Notes under the pieces: generated by a model | Seen by the model: the letters and a program-made list of their open reading frames with translations, nothing else | What the model was told of the DNA's origin: nothing | Database searches by the model: none | Part shown: piece after piece, positions 48,301-55,865 of the stretch | Layout: the number at the start of each line of letters is the position of its first letter | Numbering within the stretch: position 1 is the first letter of the stretch | Assembly (NCBI GenBank): GCA_963825165.1 | Contig: CAWGRY010000001.1 | Span: 116,616 to 180,615 of the forward strand | DNA: 64,000 nucleotides | Direction: 5' to 3' | From: an uncultured Bacteroidales bacterium | Lineage (GTDB): Bacteria; Bacteroidota; Bacteroidia; Bacteroidales; VadinHA17 | Program-made: the position numbers and the translations under genes

Positions 48301-48524
48301 TCCTCATGGATCTTCACATGCCGGTGATGGATGGCATAGAGGCGACACGCATCATACGGAGTTCGGCTGACAAGAAGATAAACAGCCTGCCTATCGTTGC
48401 ACTGACGGCCGCAGTGATGTCAGAGGCTCATGACAAGATTGAAAACCTTGCCATCAATGATTATGTGCTGAAGCCCTTCAAGCCGAAGGATCTGTATGAC
48501 AGGATAGCGAAACACGTAAGGTGA
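45342..48524 (+). CDS. Cytoplasmic hybrid sensor histidine kinase/response regulator (multi-PAS, GAF, HisKA, HATPase, REC)
   Basis: H-box FMSTMSHEIRTPLN, N/G boxes (ISNAMKFT, DTGIGI, GGTGLGLAI), and a receiver with DLILMDLHMP. The N-terminal ~650 aa are PAS/GAF-like with no TM segments. Confidence 0.9.
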   Translation: MENRKEKRKETDTSTAFLNSLKHLTDIPELAFNSTNQLITLSNLETLEYIEVNQAFLDTTGYKREEIIGRTSEDIQLYVDLVQGRKYLRMLTRLKRVSDLEVRLRMRTGEERTFLFSARTFFFGDSIYLITYYNDISTLNDGYARAESEKILREIFDSMSSYVMILRRSDDDKFYIIDFNFRAEEVEQLDHDEVLGKEISETPLGEHKALLTLLENIQKRVGSFKIPVSDDGKDDNGYYIGLLLSSGDIVVTWEAGQHQKERENEILKQGIVFETFAELLPEMIMEIDTKGHVTFMNTQGMITLGFDNNDLTKGVSLPELFMNEDLDRLMKELSDLTRPGQITFDEYCLLNKQKRRVSVLFHAGPIVIRNRVTGYRCVLTDVSKHKDYEQKLSTEKAMLEHLIDAAPEAIVLTDFDGQIIRINKGFTNLFGFEAEEALNRMVDDLIVPDELKDEAVKVDEIALSHGTEAKETVRRDKQGNKINVSLIASSVISNDQTIAFLGIYRDISREIKGRLMQEIQYNISTVALQDSDIFDIYPTIVKEISKLWNVNNFFIALYNHEKDTLTFPFFADELDHFKETDAKNTLTGWVIKNNKAVLLDENDILKIEKTGAISLVGSPCKIWMGVPLKMDDEVIGAICLQDYKKVDAFNNDDLQVFEFIANQIVLTLQRRKMLDNLITARKRAEEAAFSKQQFMSTMSHEIRTPLNEVIGITNLLYQSNPREDQMEFINTLRFSANHLMTLVNDILDYNKMEAGKIVFEKTEFDLAAMLEDVKRSYSHHAKEKGISFTVEKSANLPVSLIGDPVRLNQIITNLISNAMKFTSAGGVSLNASVKEKRDGKVVLEFTVTDTGIGIANDKLEEIFESYAQASPDTTRKYGGTGLGLAICKRLVDLQGGSLSVSSEPDKGSVFRFSIEYGLPSTDARATDKSSADIMKGLVGKKILVAEDNKINFFVANKFLESWGVIVTHVENGSLALDEVNKNQYDLILMDLHMPVMDGIEATRIIRSSADKKINSLPIVALTAAVMSEAHDKIENLAINDYVLKPFKPKDLYDRIAKHVR

Positions 48525-48544
48525 CACGCTCCGGCTGAAAATTA

Positions 48545-49747
48545 TTATCTTATACAGTATTTGCTCAGGTATTTTGTTGCGTCTTTGTTACCCTGTTCTT
48601 TCGCTTTGCGGAGGTAGTGACAGGCATCTTCAGTTTTACCGCTGTTTACAAGGGCTATCCCGAGATTCAGATTTACATTGGCATTCTCCGGATCGAGATC
48701 GAGGCTCATTGTATAATCTTCCGCAGCCTTATCCCATGTGCGTGCGGCAAGCCATGCGTCTCCCCGTATGCTGAACGCCTTCGCCTCGCCCGGGTGCTTT
48801 TCGATGTTCAAATTAAGATAAGGAAGGGCTTCATATATCGCTCCCTCCTCCGCATAGGTCCTTCCGATCAGGCCAAGAGCCTCAGAATTCTCCGGGTCGA
48901 GCCCGAGATATGTTTCCAGGTCATTCTTCGCAGTATTGCGGTCGCCTGCTTTGACAAGCATTGCCGCCCTTTTCAGATAGAGTTGCGGATCAGGATACTC
49001 AGCGTCGATAAGTCTTCCATAATCCATCGCTGCTGCGTAATAATTCCCTTCTCCGGCCTGTGCTTCCGCCAGGGCGGTCAGGTATGATGCGGGTGCATCC
49101 GGATTGATTGTCAGCGGCGTCAGAAGTGCTGCGGCATCACGGTACAAGCCTCTGGCTGTGAGTATCCTTGCATTGCAATAATCTGTAACAGGCATGTCAG
49201 GATACACAGCAGACAATTCGCGGCATACTTCGCCGGCAAGATCCGTCTTTCCGATTTTAAGGTAATGGTCTATCTCCCAGCTTTTCCTCTCGTAGCCTTT
49301 GTACCAGTCTTTTTTCCATAGGCTCTTCCACTCAGGTGAAGCCTGAACTGACCCGAAGGATTTGTCAAGCATTATTTCAGGTTCGCTCTTCCTGTACTGT
49401 GATTTAAGGTGTGCCTCAAGGTATGAAACGGCTGCCCTTGCATCGCCGCCGGCAGCAGCACACCTGGCAAGTCCATACAAGCCCGAGCCCTGTTTCATGC
49501 TCTCGGCAGCCATAAAGTCAGTCTGTGCCTCTTTAACCTTTCCTGAAGCGAGGAAAGCATCGCCCCTGAGAAGAAAGAGCTCAGGATCAGGAGCGGCATT
49601 TATCAAACCGGTAAGGAGCCCGGCAGCCTCATCATTATTGCCAGCGGCCGACATTGCTACAGCTCTCAGCATCTCTTTATACCTGCCTTGTCCGGCAATC
49701 ATCTGTGATGCAAGAATTATTATCAGAAGAACAACACCTTTTTTCAT
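48545..49747 (-). CDS. Tetratricopeptide-repeat protein with signal peptide
   Basis: Signal MKKGVVLLIIILASQMIAG, followed by repeated TPR-like A/Y/L patterns through 400 aa. Confidence 0.75.
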   Translation of the reverse strand: MKKGVVLLIIILASQMIAGQGRYKEMLRAVAMSAAGNNDEAAGLLTGLINAAPDPELFLLRGDAFLASGKVKEAQTDFMAAESMKQGSGLYGLARCAAAGGDARAAVSYLEAHLKSQYRKSEPEIMLDKSFGSVQASPEWKSLWKKDWYKGYERKSWEIDHYLKIGKTDLAGEVCRELSAVYPDMPVTDYCNARILTARGLYRDAAALLTPLTINPDAPASYLTALAEAQAGEGNYYAAAMDYGRLIDAEYPDPQLYLKRAAMLVKAGDRNTAKNDLETYLGLDPENSEALGLIGRTYAEEGAIYEALPYLNLNIEKHPGEAKAFSIRGDAWLAARTWDKAAEDYTMSLDLDPENANVNLNLGIALVNSGKTEDACHYLRKAKEQGNKDATKYLSKYCIR

Positions 49748-49753
49748 TGCGTT

Positions 49754-52369
49754 TTACTTTTTTGCTTCCACTACTGCAGGCCCTGCCCCTTTTTCTGTGA
49801 GTACATGGACAAAGCCGCTCAGATGGAACTGCTCGGTACCTGAAATCCTGCGTTCAAACACTTCGCAGTCATAATAATAGACACCTGCAGGTACAATTTT
49901 CCCCTTATAGGTCCCGTCCCAGTTGAGTTTTGGTTCCTGTGTACTGAAAACGAGCACACCAGCCCTGTTGAAGAGGCGGAATTCCACTTTTTCAACGAGC
50001 ACGGAGGTCTTGGCGACAAGCCAGTCATTGAAGTCGTCACCGTTGGGGGTGAAGACATTAGGGATCTCATAGAAATTACAGGAGTTGACGCATATCATTG
50101 CTGACAGATCACTTTCGTTCCCTACATTATCCAGCGTGGATATCGCGTAGCATCCGGCGACATAGTCAGGAAGATTATGGATATATTTCTGAATGTTCCT
50201 GTCATCTATTGTGACAAGCAGCCCGAGTTCCTCTTCACTGGTTTGCTTATAATAAAGCTTATAGGCTGCCACATCTTCAAAACACACCTGGTCAGCGATA
50301 GTCCAGCGAACCATATTGTAAAGACTGTCACACTGTGATGAAACCGTCAGAACAGGTGTACAGGGAGGTTCATTGTCGACGGGAGTAATGCAAATACGCT
50401 GTGACAAGTTTATCAGGTTCCTGGGTGTACCCGAACCCTGATAACCTCCTGTGGAAACAACATAATAGCAATATTCCGTACCGTTGACAAGGTTTTCGTC
50501 GACAAAGCTGAGCTGGCCCGAGGTGCTTCCTATCAGCGCCCAATCGGTGCCGTTAAACCGGTAGAAATCGTAAGCGGTGTTGATCCAGGGCACGTTGCGT
50601 TTAAGCTCAAACCTGACTTTCCTGTCCCCCGGAGAAGCACCGGCAAAAAGTGATGATGCTATTCCCGGATCACCAATCAGGAAACGGTTGCCGGATTCAT
50701 TATTGTACAGCTCAATCTTGTAAATCCAACCCTTGTCAAGGGTATTGATCAGAGTGTCAATATAGACGGTATCATTGAGATCAGCTGTAGGCAGGGTATT
50801 AATAAGCTGGTAATCGGTACCGGTGATCCCCTCTGCCCTGTAGATCCGGTATTCATAAGGCCCGTTTGCAGGTATGGTGTCCAGGTGAAGGGGCTTCTGC
50901 CATGCCAGCGTCAGCGATCCGTTGGTCGAGGAGGTGTTGCGTATTGAGACATGCGTAATAAGGGGCAAGCCTTTGATAAGTGCGGTTACGATCTCATTTG
51001 ACGGCTTGCTTTCAGTACCGTTGGGATATACTGCCACGATTCTGTAGGCGTATTCAGTCCCGGCTTCAAGACCTGCATCGCCATTGGTGTCAGTAAATGT
51101 CAGGGCACCGTAGCCGGATACATAACCTACCTTGACAAAGCCTGATGAGGGCGGTATGCCGTCATAGCATGTGTCAGCAACAAGTGATGATGCTCCTTCA
51201 CGTCGGTAGATACTGAACCCGGCAATTTCCGTGGTACCGTAGTTCTGCCATATCAGCTGAACAAAATTTCCCTGCGGCATGACATCGGACAGCACAGGCG
51301 GGGGCCCCAGCACCTTGATGCTCATGTTGTCAATATCAACCAGTTGCAGCTCACCGTTATTATCTTCAGCTTTAATGATGATATCATAAGGCTGGTGCCT
51401 TACGCTGCTGTGACAGGGCACCCATTGCAATCGCGCCGTGGTAAGGCCCGGTGCGGAGCTGATGGTGGTGAATGTTGCTTTGCACTCACCTGATGTAAAG
51501 ATCCCGGAGGTTGCGATAAGCTTTACAGAATCAGCATCTTCGTCTGTCGCGGAAATATTAAGTGAGACAGTCTCACCGACCTCCACGCACAGGTCAGTAA
51601 GTGGGGCAGTGACAGGAGGATTATTGTCTGTTTCATATACTTCAATCTGCATATCCCTAACCACAATTCCTATCTTTATTCCACCGCGCCACTCCTGTAT
51701 CTCCATTGCAGCATTATAAATGCCAATTTTAGTAGGTGCGTCCCATACCAGGTCTCCGGAAATAGAATCGACATAAAACTTCCTGGATGCAGGTGGAAGG
51801 GTGTAATTGGCGATTGGCTTACCGTCCTCCTTTGTGCATACGGTCAGTTTGTAAGAGAGACTGTCGCCGTCCGGATCAAAGGCAGCGGGATTATGAATGA
51901 ATATATTCCCAAGGGCAGCCTTGTCATATGGCGGATTTAAAAGTACCGGGGTGCTGTTCCTGCCAATAGAAGTGTTCACAATAAGTATTGTGGAAATGGA
52001 AAATACAACGTTTACGGAGTTGGGGATATTTTCCACCCCGTAATTCCGGTTTGGATCCTGTACCACTATCCTGTATATGCCAGGTCCGGGATAGGTATGC
52101 CTTGAAATATAAACATTCTTCTTGTAATTGTTCGGCAGATAGGTTTCGGAGATCCTTGCTACGTTTGTGATGGAGTTATCACCCCATTCAACATCAAGTG
52201 TTGGCCTGTCAGCCTTACTGAGAGTATACGTGAAGGTGGTGACTGTGACCTCATAAGTCAGGTCAGATATCTGTGTGTAGGTTATTTCTCCTGCACGGTT
52301 ATGCGTAGCGTTCGCAGAAGCCCAAATCATAAACAGTAGCAAAAATGCTGACGTAACTCTTCTTATCAT
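49754..52369 (-). CDS. Large T9SS type B (CHU_C) sorting-domain surface protein with Ig/Fn3-like repeats
   Basis: Signal peptide, 871 aa. The C-terminus FYEIPNVFTPNGDDFNDWLV...WDGTYKGKIVPAGVYYYDCEVFE is the type B sorting domain signature. Confidence 0.8.
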   Translation of the reverse strand: MIRRVTSAFLLLFMIWASANATHNRAGEITYTQISDLTYEVTVTTFTYTLSKADRPTLDVEWGDNSITNVARISETYLPNNYKKNVYISRHTYPGPGIYRIVVQDPNRNYGVENIPNSVNVVFSISTILIVNTSIGRNSTPVLLNPPYDKAALGNIFIHNPAAFDPDGDSLSYKLTVCTKEDGKPIANYTLPPASRKFYVDSISGDLVWDAPTKIGIYNAAMEIQEWRGGIKIGIVVRDMQIEVYETDNNPPVTAPLTDLCVEVGETVSLNISATDEDADSVKLIATSGIFTSGECKATFTTISSAPGLTTARLQWVPCHSSVRHQPYDIIIKAEDNNGELQLVDIDNMSIKVLGPPPVLSDVMPQGNFVQLIWQNYGTTEIAGFSIYRREGASSLVADTCYDGIPPSSGFVKVGYVSGYGALTFTDTNGDAGLEAGTEYAYRIVAVYPNGTESKPSNEIVTALIKGLPLITHVSIRNTSSTNGSLTLAWQKPLHLDTIPANGPYEYRIYRAEGITGTDYQLINTLPTADLNDTVYIDTLINTLDKGWIYKIELYNNESGNRFLIGDPGIASSLFAGASPGDRKVRFELKRNVPWINTAYDFYRFNGTDWALIGSTSGQLSFVDENLVNGTEYCYYVVSTGGYQGSGTPRNLINLSQRICITPVDNEPPCTPVLTVSSQCDSLYNMVRWTIADQVCFEDVAAYKLYYKQTSEEELGLLVTIDDRNIQKYIHNLPDYVAGCYAISTLDNVGNESDLSAMICVNSCNFYEIPNVFTPNGDDFNDWLVAKTSVLVEKVEFRLFNRAGVLVFSTQEPKLNWDGTYKGKIVPAGVYYYDCEVFERRISGTEQFHLSGFVHVLTEKGAGPAVVEAKK

Positions 52370-52381
52370 CTCAATCCCCTT

Positions 52382-52843
52382 TCATTTAACCTTGTAATTC
52401 TTCAATGTATCAGCAGCTGTAAACTTGTATCCGTCTTCTGTGCCATTAAAACTGAACAGCAGCATGTTCGCCTGATCTTCATAAAGCCGTGTCATGATCC
52501 GGTTGATCACGGTAACGTTTTTTACCGCCCTGTTTCCGCTGGCTTCAAGGTTAAACCTGTGCTCGAGGCCGTCGGTTTCCGACTTCAGTAAAGTCATCTT
52601 CAGCTGTTTTCCGTCTTCAATTATTAAAATTCTGTCTGTAAGATATTTATAATATATCTCATTCTCATTCCCTGTCACCTGCTCACCTGAGGGGTTCCAC
52701 AGGGTGATATCTGCATCAAGGTCGTCGGACCATACTTTAACAAAAACAGAGTAAACCTGGTTCATACTGTCGTAATCAATACCAGTCAGTGACACATGTA
52801 CAGGATGCAGAAGAATTAATATTGCAAATGATAATATTTTCAT
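52382..52843 (-). CDS. Small secreted protein, probably DUF6702 family
   Basis: 153 aa. The N-terminus ...LLHPVHVSLTGIDYD resembles the HxxxVS..T.I.Y start of a Bacteroidota family I recall as DUF6702. The family name is from memory only. Confidence 0.5.
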   Translation of the reverse strand: MKILSFAILILLHPVHVSLTGIDYDSMNQVYSVFVKVWSDDLDADITLWNPSGEQVTGNENEIYYKYLTDRILIIEDGKQLKMTLLKSETDGLEHRFNLEASGNRAVKNVTVINRIMTRLYEDQANMLLFSFNGTEDGYKFTAADTLKNYKVK

Positions 52844-52871
52844 GCCGGCTTAAGGTATTTCACAGCAAAAA

Positions 52872-54329
52872 TCAAGCCATCAGATCTTTTTCACTTATTC
52901 TGACCCTCTCCTTCAGGTATTCGACAGTACCGACTTCAATGAACGAAAATCCGCCAGCCCTTGAAAAGTTGCCGGCAAGTACGACAATAATGTCATTGTC
53001 ATCAAGATCGTGCTTGCTGAGCAGGTCCCTGAGAGAAACACGGATGAACTCATCAACAGACTTTTTCTTCTCAATAAACACAGCCACCACGCCATATGAC
53101 AGTGCAAGCTCCCTCATCGTGCGGTACGAATAGCACAGGGCAACAACGGGTTTGATGCCCCTGAAGCCGGCCATATTTCTGATCGCAGTACCGTTTACGG
53201 TGTCGGCGAGCAGAGCTTTGGCATTTATACGTATTGAAGTTTTCACGGCAACTTTTGCCAGGTAAGCTGATACTTCCCCGCTGAGTGATCCGGCGGGCAT
53301 TTCAATATACTCGTCTTTCTCCATTTCAATTTCCACGGCAATCCTGGTCATAGTTCTTACAAACTCAAGCGGAAATTTTCCCGCCGCCGTTTCACCGCTC
53401 AACATTATGGCATCAGTCTGGCTGTAAACTGCATTTGCCACATCGCTCACCTCTGCACGTGTCGGACGGGGGTTTGTGATCATCGAATGCAACATCTGTG
53501 TGGCCACAATAACAGGTTTGCGTTTCGCGATGCATTTCTCAATAATTGTCCTCTGGATACCGGGTATTCTCTCAAAGGGTACCTCGATGGCAAGATCGCC
53601 ACGGGCCACCATTATCCCGTAAGAATTATCCATGATCTCATCAAGATTGTCCACCCCCTGCTGATTTTCGATCTTTGCTATGATTTTAATGTCGCTGCCA
53701 TGTTTGTCAAGCAATTGCTGAACAGCGAGGACATCTTCCTTCGATCTCACAAATGAGTGTGCAATGAACTCAACATCAAGCTTTACCGCCAGGTCAATGA
53801 ATGTCAGGTCACGTTCACTCACTGAGGGAAGGTTGATCCTGACCTGCGGTATGTTAACAGTCTTCCTTGAGCCGAGCACCCCGTCATTTTCAATCGTTCC
53901 CACAAGCATGCCGTCATCCTTACCGGTAATTTTTATCTCAAGCTCACCATCATCGATAAGTATGCAGGATCCTTCCGGGACATGCAATGCAATATCCCTG
54001 TAATTAAGGTTTATGACTTCCAGGGATGTTTTTTGATCTGTATTACCGGCAACCTTAACACTTTGGCCTTTAATGAATTTCAAGGGTTGATCGCAGACCG
54101 TGGTTCGTATCTCGGGTCCCTTGGTATCTATCAGAATTGCGATTTTGTCTGAAACAGCACGGGCATTGGTGACGATTTTTGTCACTCCTTCGGGATCGAG
54201 GTGGGCGGAGTTGACCCGCACTACATCCATACCTGCCTCGAACAGCTGGCGGAGAAACCCGGGATCACAATTTCTATCCGAGATAGTGGCAACTATTTTC
54301 GTTCGCTTTGTCAGAATATTATTCTTCAT
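52872..54329 (-). CDS. pyk: Pyruvate kinase
   Basis: TKIVATISDRN, MDVVRVNSAH, IAKIENQQGV and MVARGDLAIE motifs. 485 aa. Confidence 0.93.
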   Translation of the reverse strand: MKNNILTKRTKIVATISDRNCDPGFLRQLFEAGMDVVRVNSAHLDPEGVTKIVTNARAVSDKIAILIDTKGPEIRTTVCDQPLKFIKGQSVKVAGNTDQKTSLEVINLNYRDIALHVPEGSCILIDDGELEIKITGKDDGMLVGTIENDGVLGSRKTVNIPQVRINLPSVSERDLTFIDLAVKLDVEFIAHSFVRSKEDVLAVQQLLDKHGSDIKIIAKIENQQGVDNLDEIMDNSYGIMVARGDLAIEVPFERIPGIQRTIIEKCIAKRKPVIVATQMLHSMITNPRPTRAEVSDVANAVYSQTDAIMLSGETAAGKFPLEFVRTMTRIAVEIEMEKDEYIEMPAGSLSGEVSAYLAKVAVKTSIRINAKALLADTVNGTAIRNMAGFRGIKPVVALCYSYRTMRELALSYGVVAVFIEKKKSVDEFIRVSLRDLLSKHDLDDNDIIVVLAGNFSRAGGFSFIEVGTVEYLKERVRISEKDLMA

Positions 54330-54336
54330 TATCCTG

Positions 54337-54765
54337 TTATTTTTTCAGTATCTCCATAAGTGCTTCCGCTGCCAGCCGGTAGCTGTCCAGGCCAAGGCCC
54401 ATGATCGTTCCGCGACAATACCGTCCGGTGAGGCTTGTATGACGGAACTCTTCCCTTGAAAGCAGGTTTGTAATATGCACTTCAATGGCAGGAATCTTCA
54501 CGGCAGCTACGGCATCTGCTATTGCCACGGATGTATGGGTATAGCCGCCGGGGTTGATGATCAGGCCGTCTGAATGCATGCCGGAGGCCTGTACCATTGT
54601 GACAATCTCACCCTCAATATTTGACTGCGAGTAATTAAATGAAACTGACGGGAACCGTGCTTCAATCTCCTTCAGAAAGGCTTCAAATCCTTTGTTCCCG
54701 TAAATTCCCGGCTCCCTGGTACCAAGAAGGTTCAGATTAGGCCCGTTTATGATCTCTATCTTCAT
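54337..54765 (-). CDS. aroQ: Type II 3-dehydroquinate dehydratase
   Basis: MKIEIINGPNLNLLGTREPGIYG, plus INPGGYTHTSVAI and EVHITN motifs. I prefer the start at ATG 54765 over 54783. Confidence 0.92.
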   Translation of the reverse strand: MKIEIINGPNLNLLGTREPGIYGNKGFEAFLKEIEARFPSVSFNYSQSNIEGEIVTMVQASGMHSDGLIINPGGYTHTSVAIADAVAAVKIPAIEVHITNLLSREEFRHTSLTGRYCRGTIMGLGLDSYRLAAEALMEILKK

Positions 54766-54801
54766 AGCCTTATTACAGGCCACTGGTTATGACCTGATAT
54801 G

Positions 54802-54809
54802 CAAAAATA
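54802..54809 (-). promoter_or_regulatory. Putative -7 box (TATTTTTG on minus strand) upstream of aroQ-pyk
   Basis: The plus strand CAAAAATA is the reverse complement of TATTTTTG (TAnnTTTG). It lies 37 nt upstream of ATG 54765. Confidence 0.3.
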
Positions 54810-54848
54810 AAGAAATGACCGGATTTATGACTGTTATGTAATATGATA

Positions 54849-54856
54849 TAACTTTG
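54849..54856 (+). promoter_or_regulatory. Putative -7 box (TAACTTTG) upstream of xerD
   Basis: TAACTTTG matches TAnnTTTG and lies 20 nt upstream of ATG 54876. Confidence 0.3.
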
Positions 54857-54875
54857 AGCCGGTTCATATCAGATC

Positions 54876-55799
54876 ATGACAAGAGAATGGGCGGAAGCTG
54901 TGAAAGGGTTCGGGAGTTACCTCAGGATTGAGCGGTCACTCTCATCAAACAGTGTCGGGGCTTATCTGAATGATGTACGCAAGCTCAGCGATTATATTCA
55001 TGAAAACAGGAATGACAAAGGTCCTTCAGATCTTAAATATCAGGATCTGAGCGATTTTATTGCCTTCACTGCCGGAGGCCACGATTCTGCACGCACGCAG
55101 GCCAGGCTCATCTCAGGCATCAGGTCATTCTGCCGGTACCTGCTTATCGAAAAGATCATCACCGATGATCCTTCTGCCCTGCTCGAATCGCCCAGGACAG
55201 GTATGAAACTGCCGGAAGTCCTGTCTGTGGATGAGATAGACATGATGGTGAATGCCATTGACCTTAGTACCCCTGAGGGGCACAGGAATAAGGCCATTAT
55301 TGAGACAATGTACAGCTGCGGCTTGCGTGTCTCGGAGCTGGTGAACATGAGGCTGACCGATATCCATCGCAATGAAGGTTTTGTGGTCGTGACAGGCAAG
55401 GGCAACAAGCAACGGCTGGTGCCGGTAGGGTCTGTTGCACTGAGGGAGATCGACAACTACCTCGCCCGGAGGATAACAATGCCAGTCATCACTGACCAGA
55501 ACATCCTCTTCCTTAACCGCAGGGGAAAGAGACTGTCAAGGGTTATGGTATTCACGTTGATAAAAAGACTGGCAGACGCGGCCGGAATAAAGAAGACAAT
55601 CAGTCCTCATACACTCCGTCACTCATTTGCCACACACCTGGTCGAAGGCGGAGCAGACCTGAGGGCAGTGCAGGAGATGCTGGGTCATGAGTTGATCACC
55701 ACCACCGAGATATATACTCACATAGACCGGAGCTACCTGCGCGACACCCTGATGATGTACCATCCCAGATCAAAACATAAAGAAAAAGGTGTTTTATAA
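54876..55799 (+). CDS. xerD: Site-specific tyrosine recombinase XerD
   Basis: SAM-like N-terminal domain, then the catalytic residue pattern GLRVSEL...HTLRHSFATHL...LGHELITTTEIYTH. 307 aa. Confidence 0.85.
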   Translation: MTREWAEAVKGFGSYLRIERSLSSNSVGAYLNDVRKLSDYIHENRNDKGPSDLKYQDLSDFIAFTAGGHDSARTQARLISGIRSFCRYLLIEKIITDDPSALLESPRTGMKLPEVLSVDEIDMMVNAIDLSTPEGHRNKAIIETMYSCGLRVSELVNMRLTDIHRNEGFVVVTGKGNKQRLVPVGSVALREIDNYLARRITMPVITDQNILFLNRRGKRLSRVMVFTLIKRLADAAGIKKTISPHTLRHSFATHLVEGGADLRAVQEMLGHELITTTEIYTHIDRSYLRDTLMMYHPRSKHKEKGVL

Positions 55800-55814
55800 T
55801 CTCCACATTTATTT

Positions 55815-55822
55815 TAATTTTG
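55815..55822 (+). promoter_or_regulatory. Putative -7 box (TAATTTTG) upstream of ppdK
   Basis: TAATTTTG matches TAnnTTTG and lies 44 nt upstream of ATG 55866. Confidence 0.3.
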
Positions 55823-55865
55823 CGGTCTGAAAAACAATTCAATAATTAATATAATCCTATAAATT

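Noticed and set aside
54876-55799. The tyrosine recombinase as a possible marker of an integrated mobile element.
   Set aside because: Its sequence and size fit housekeeping XerD. It is flanked by aroQ-pyk and ppdK, with no direct repeats, tRNA target, excisionase or cargo genes.
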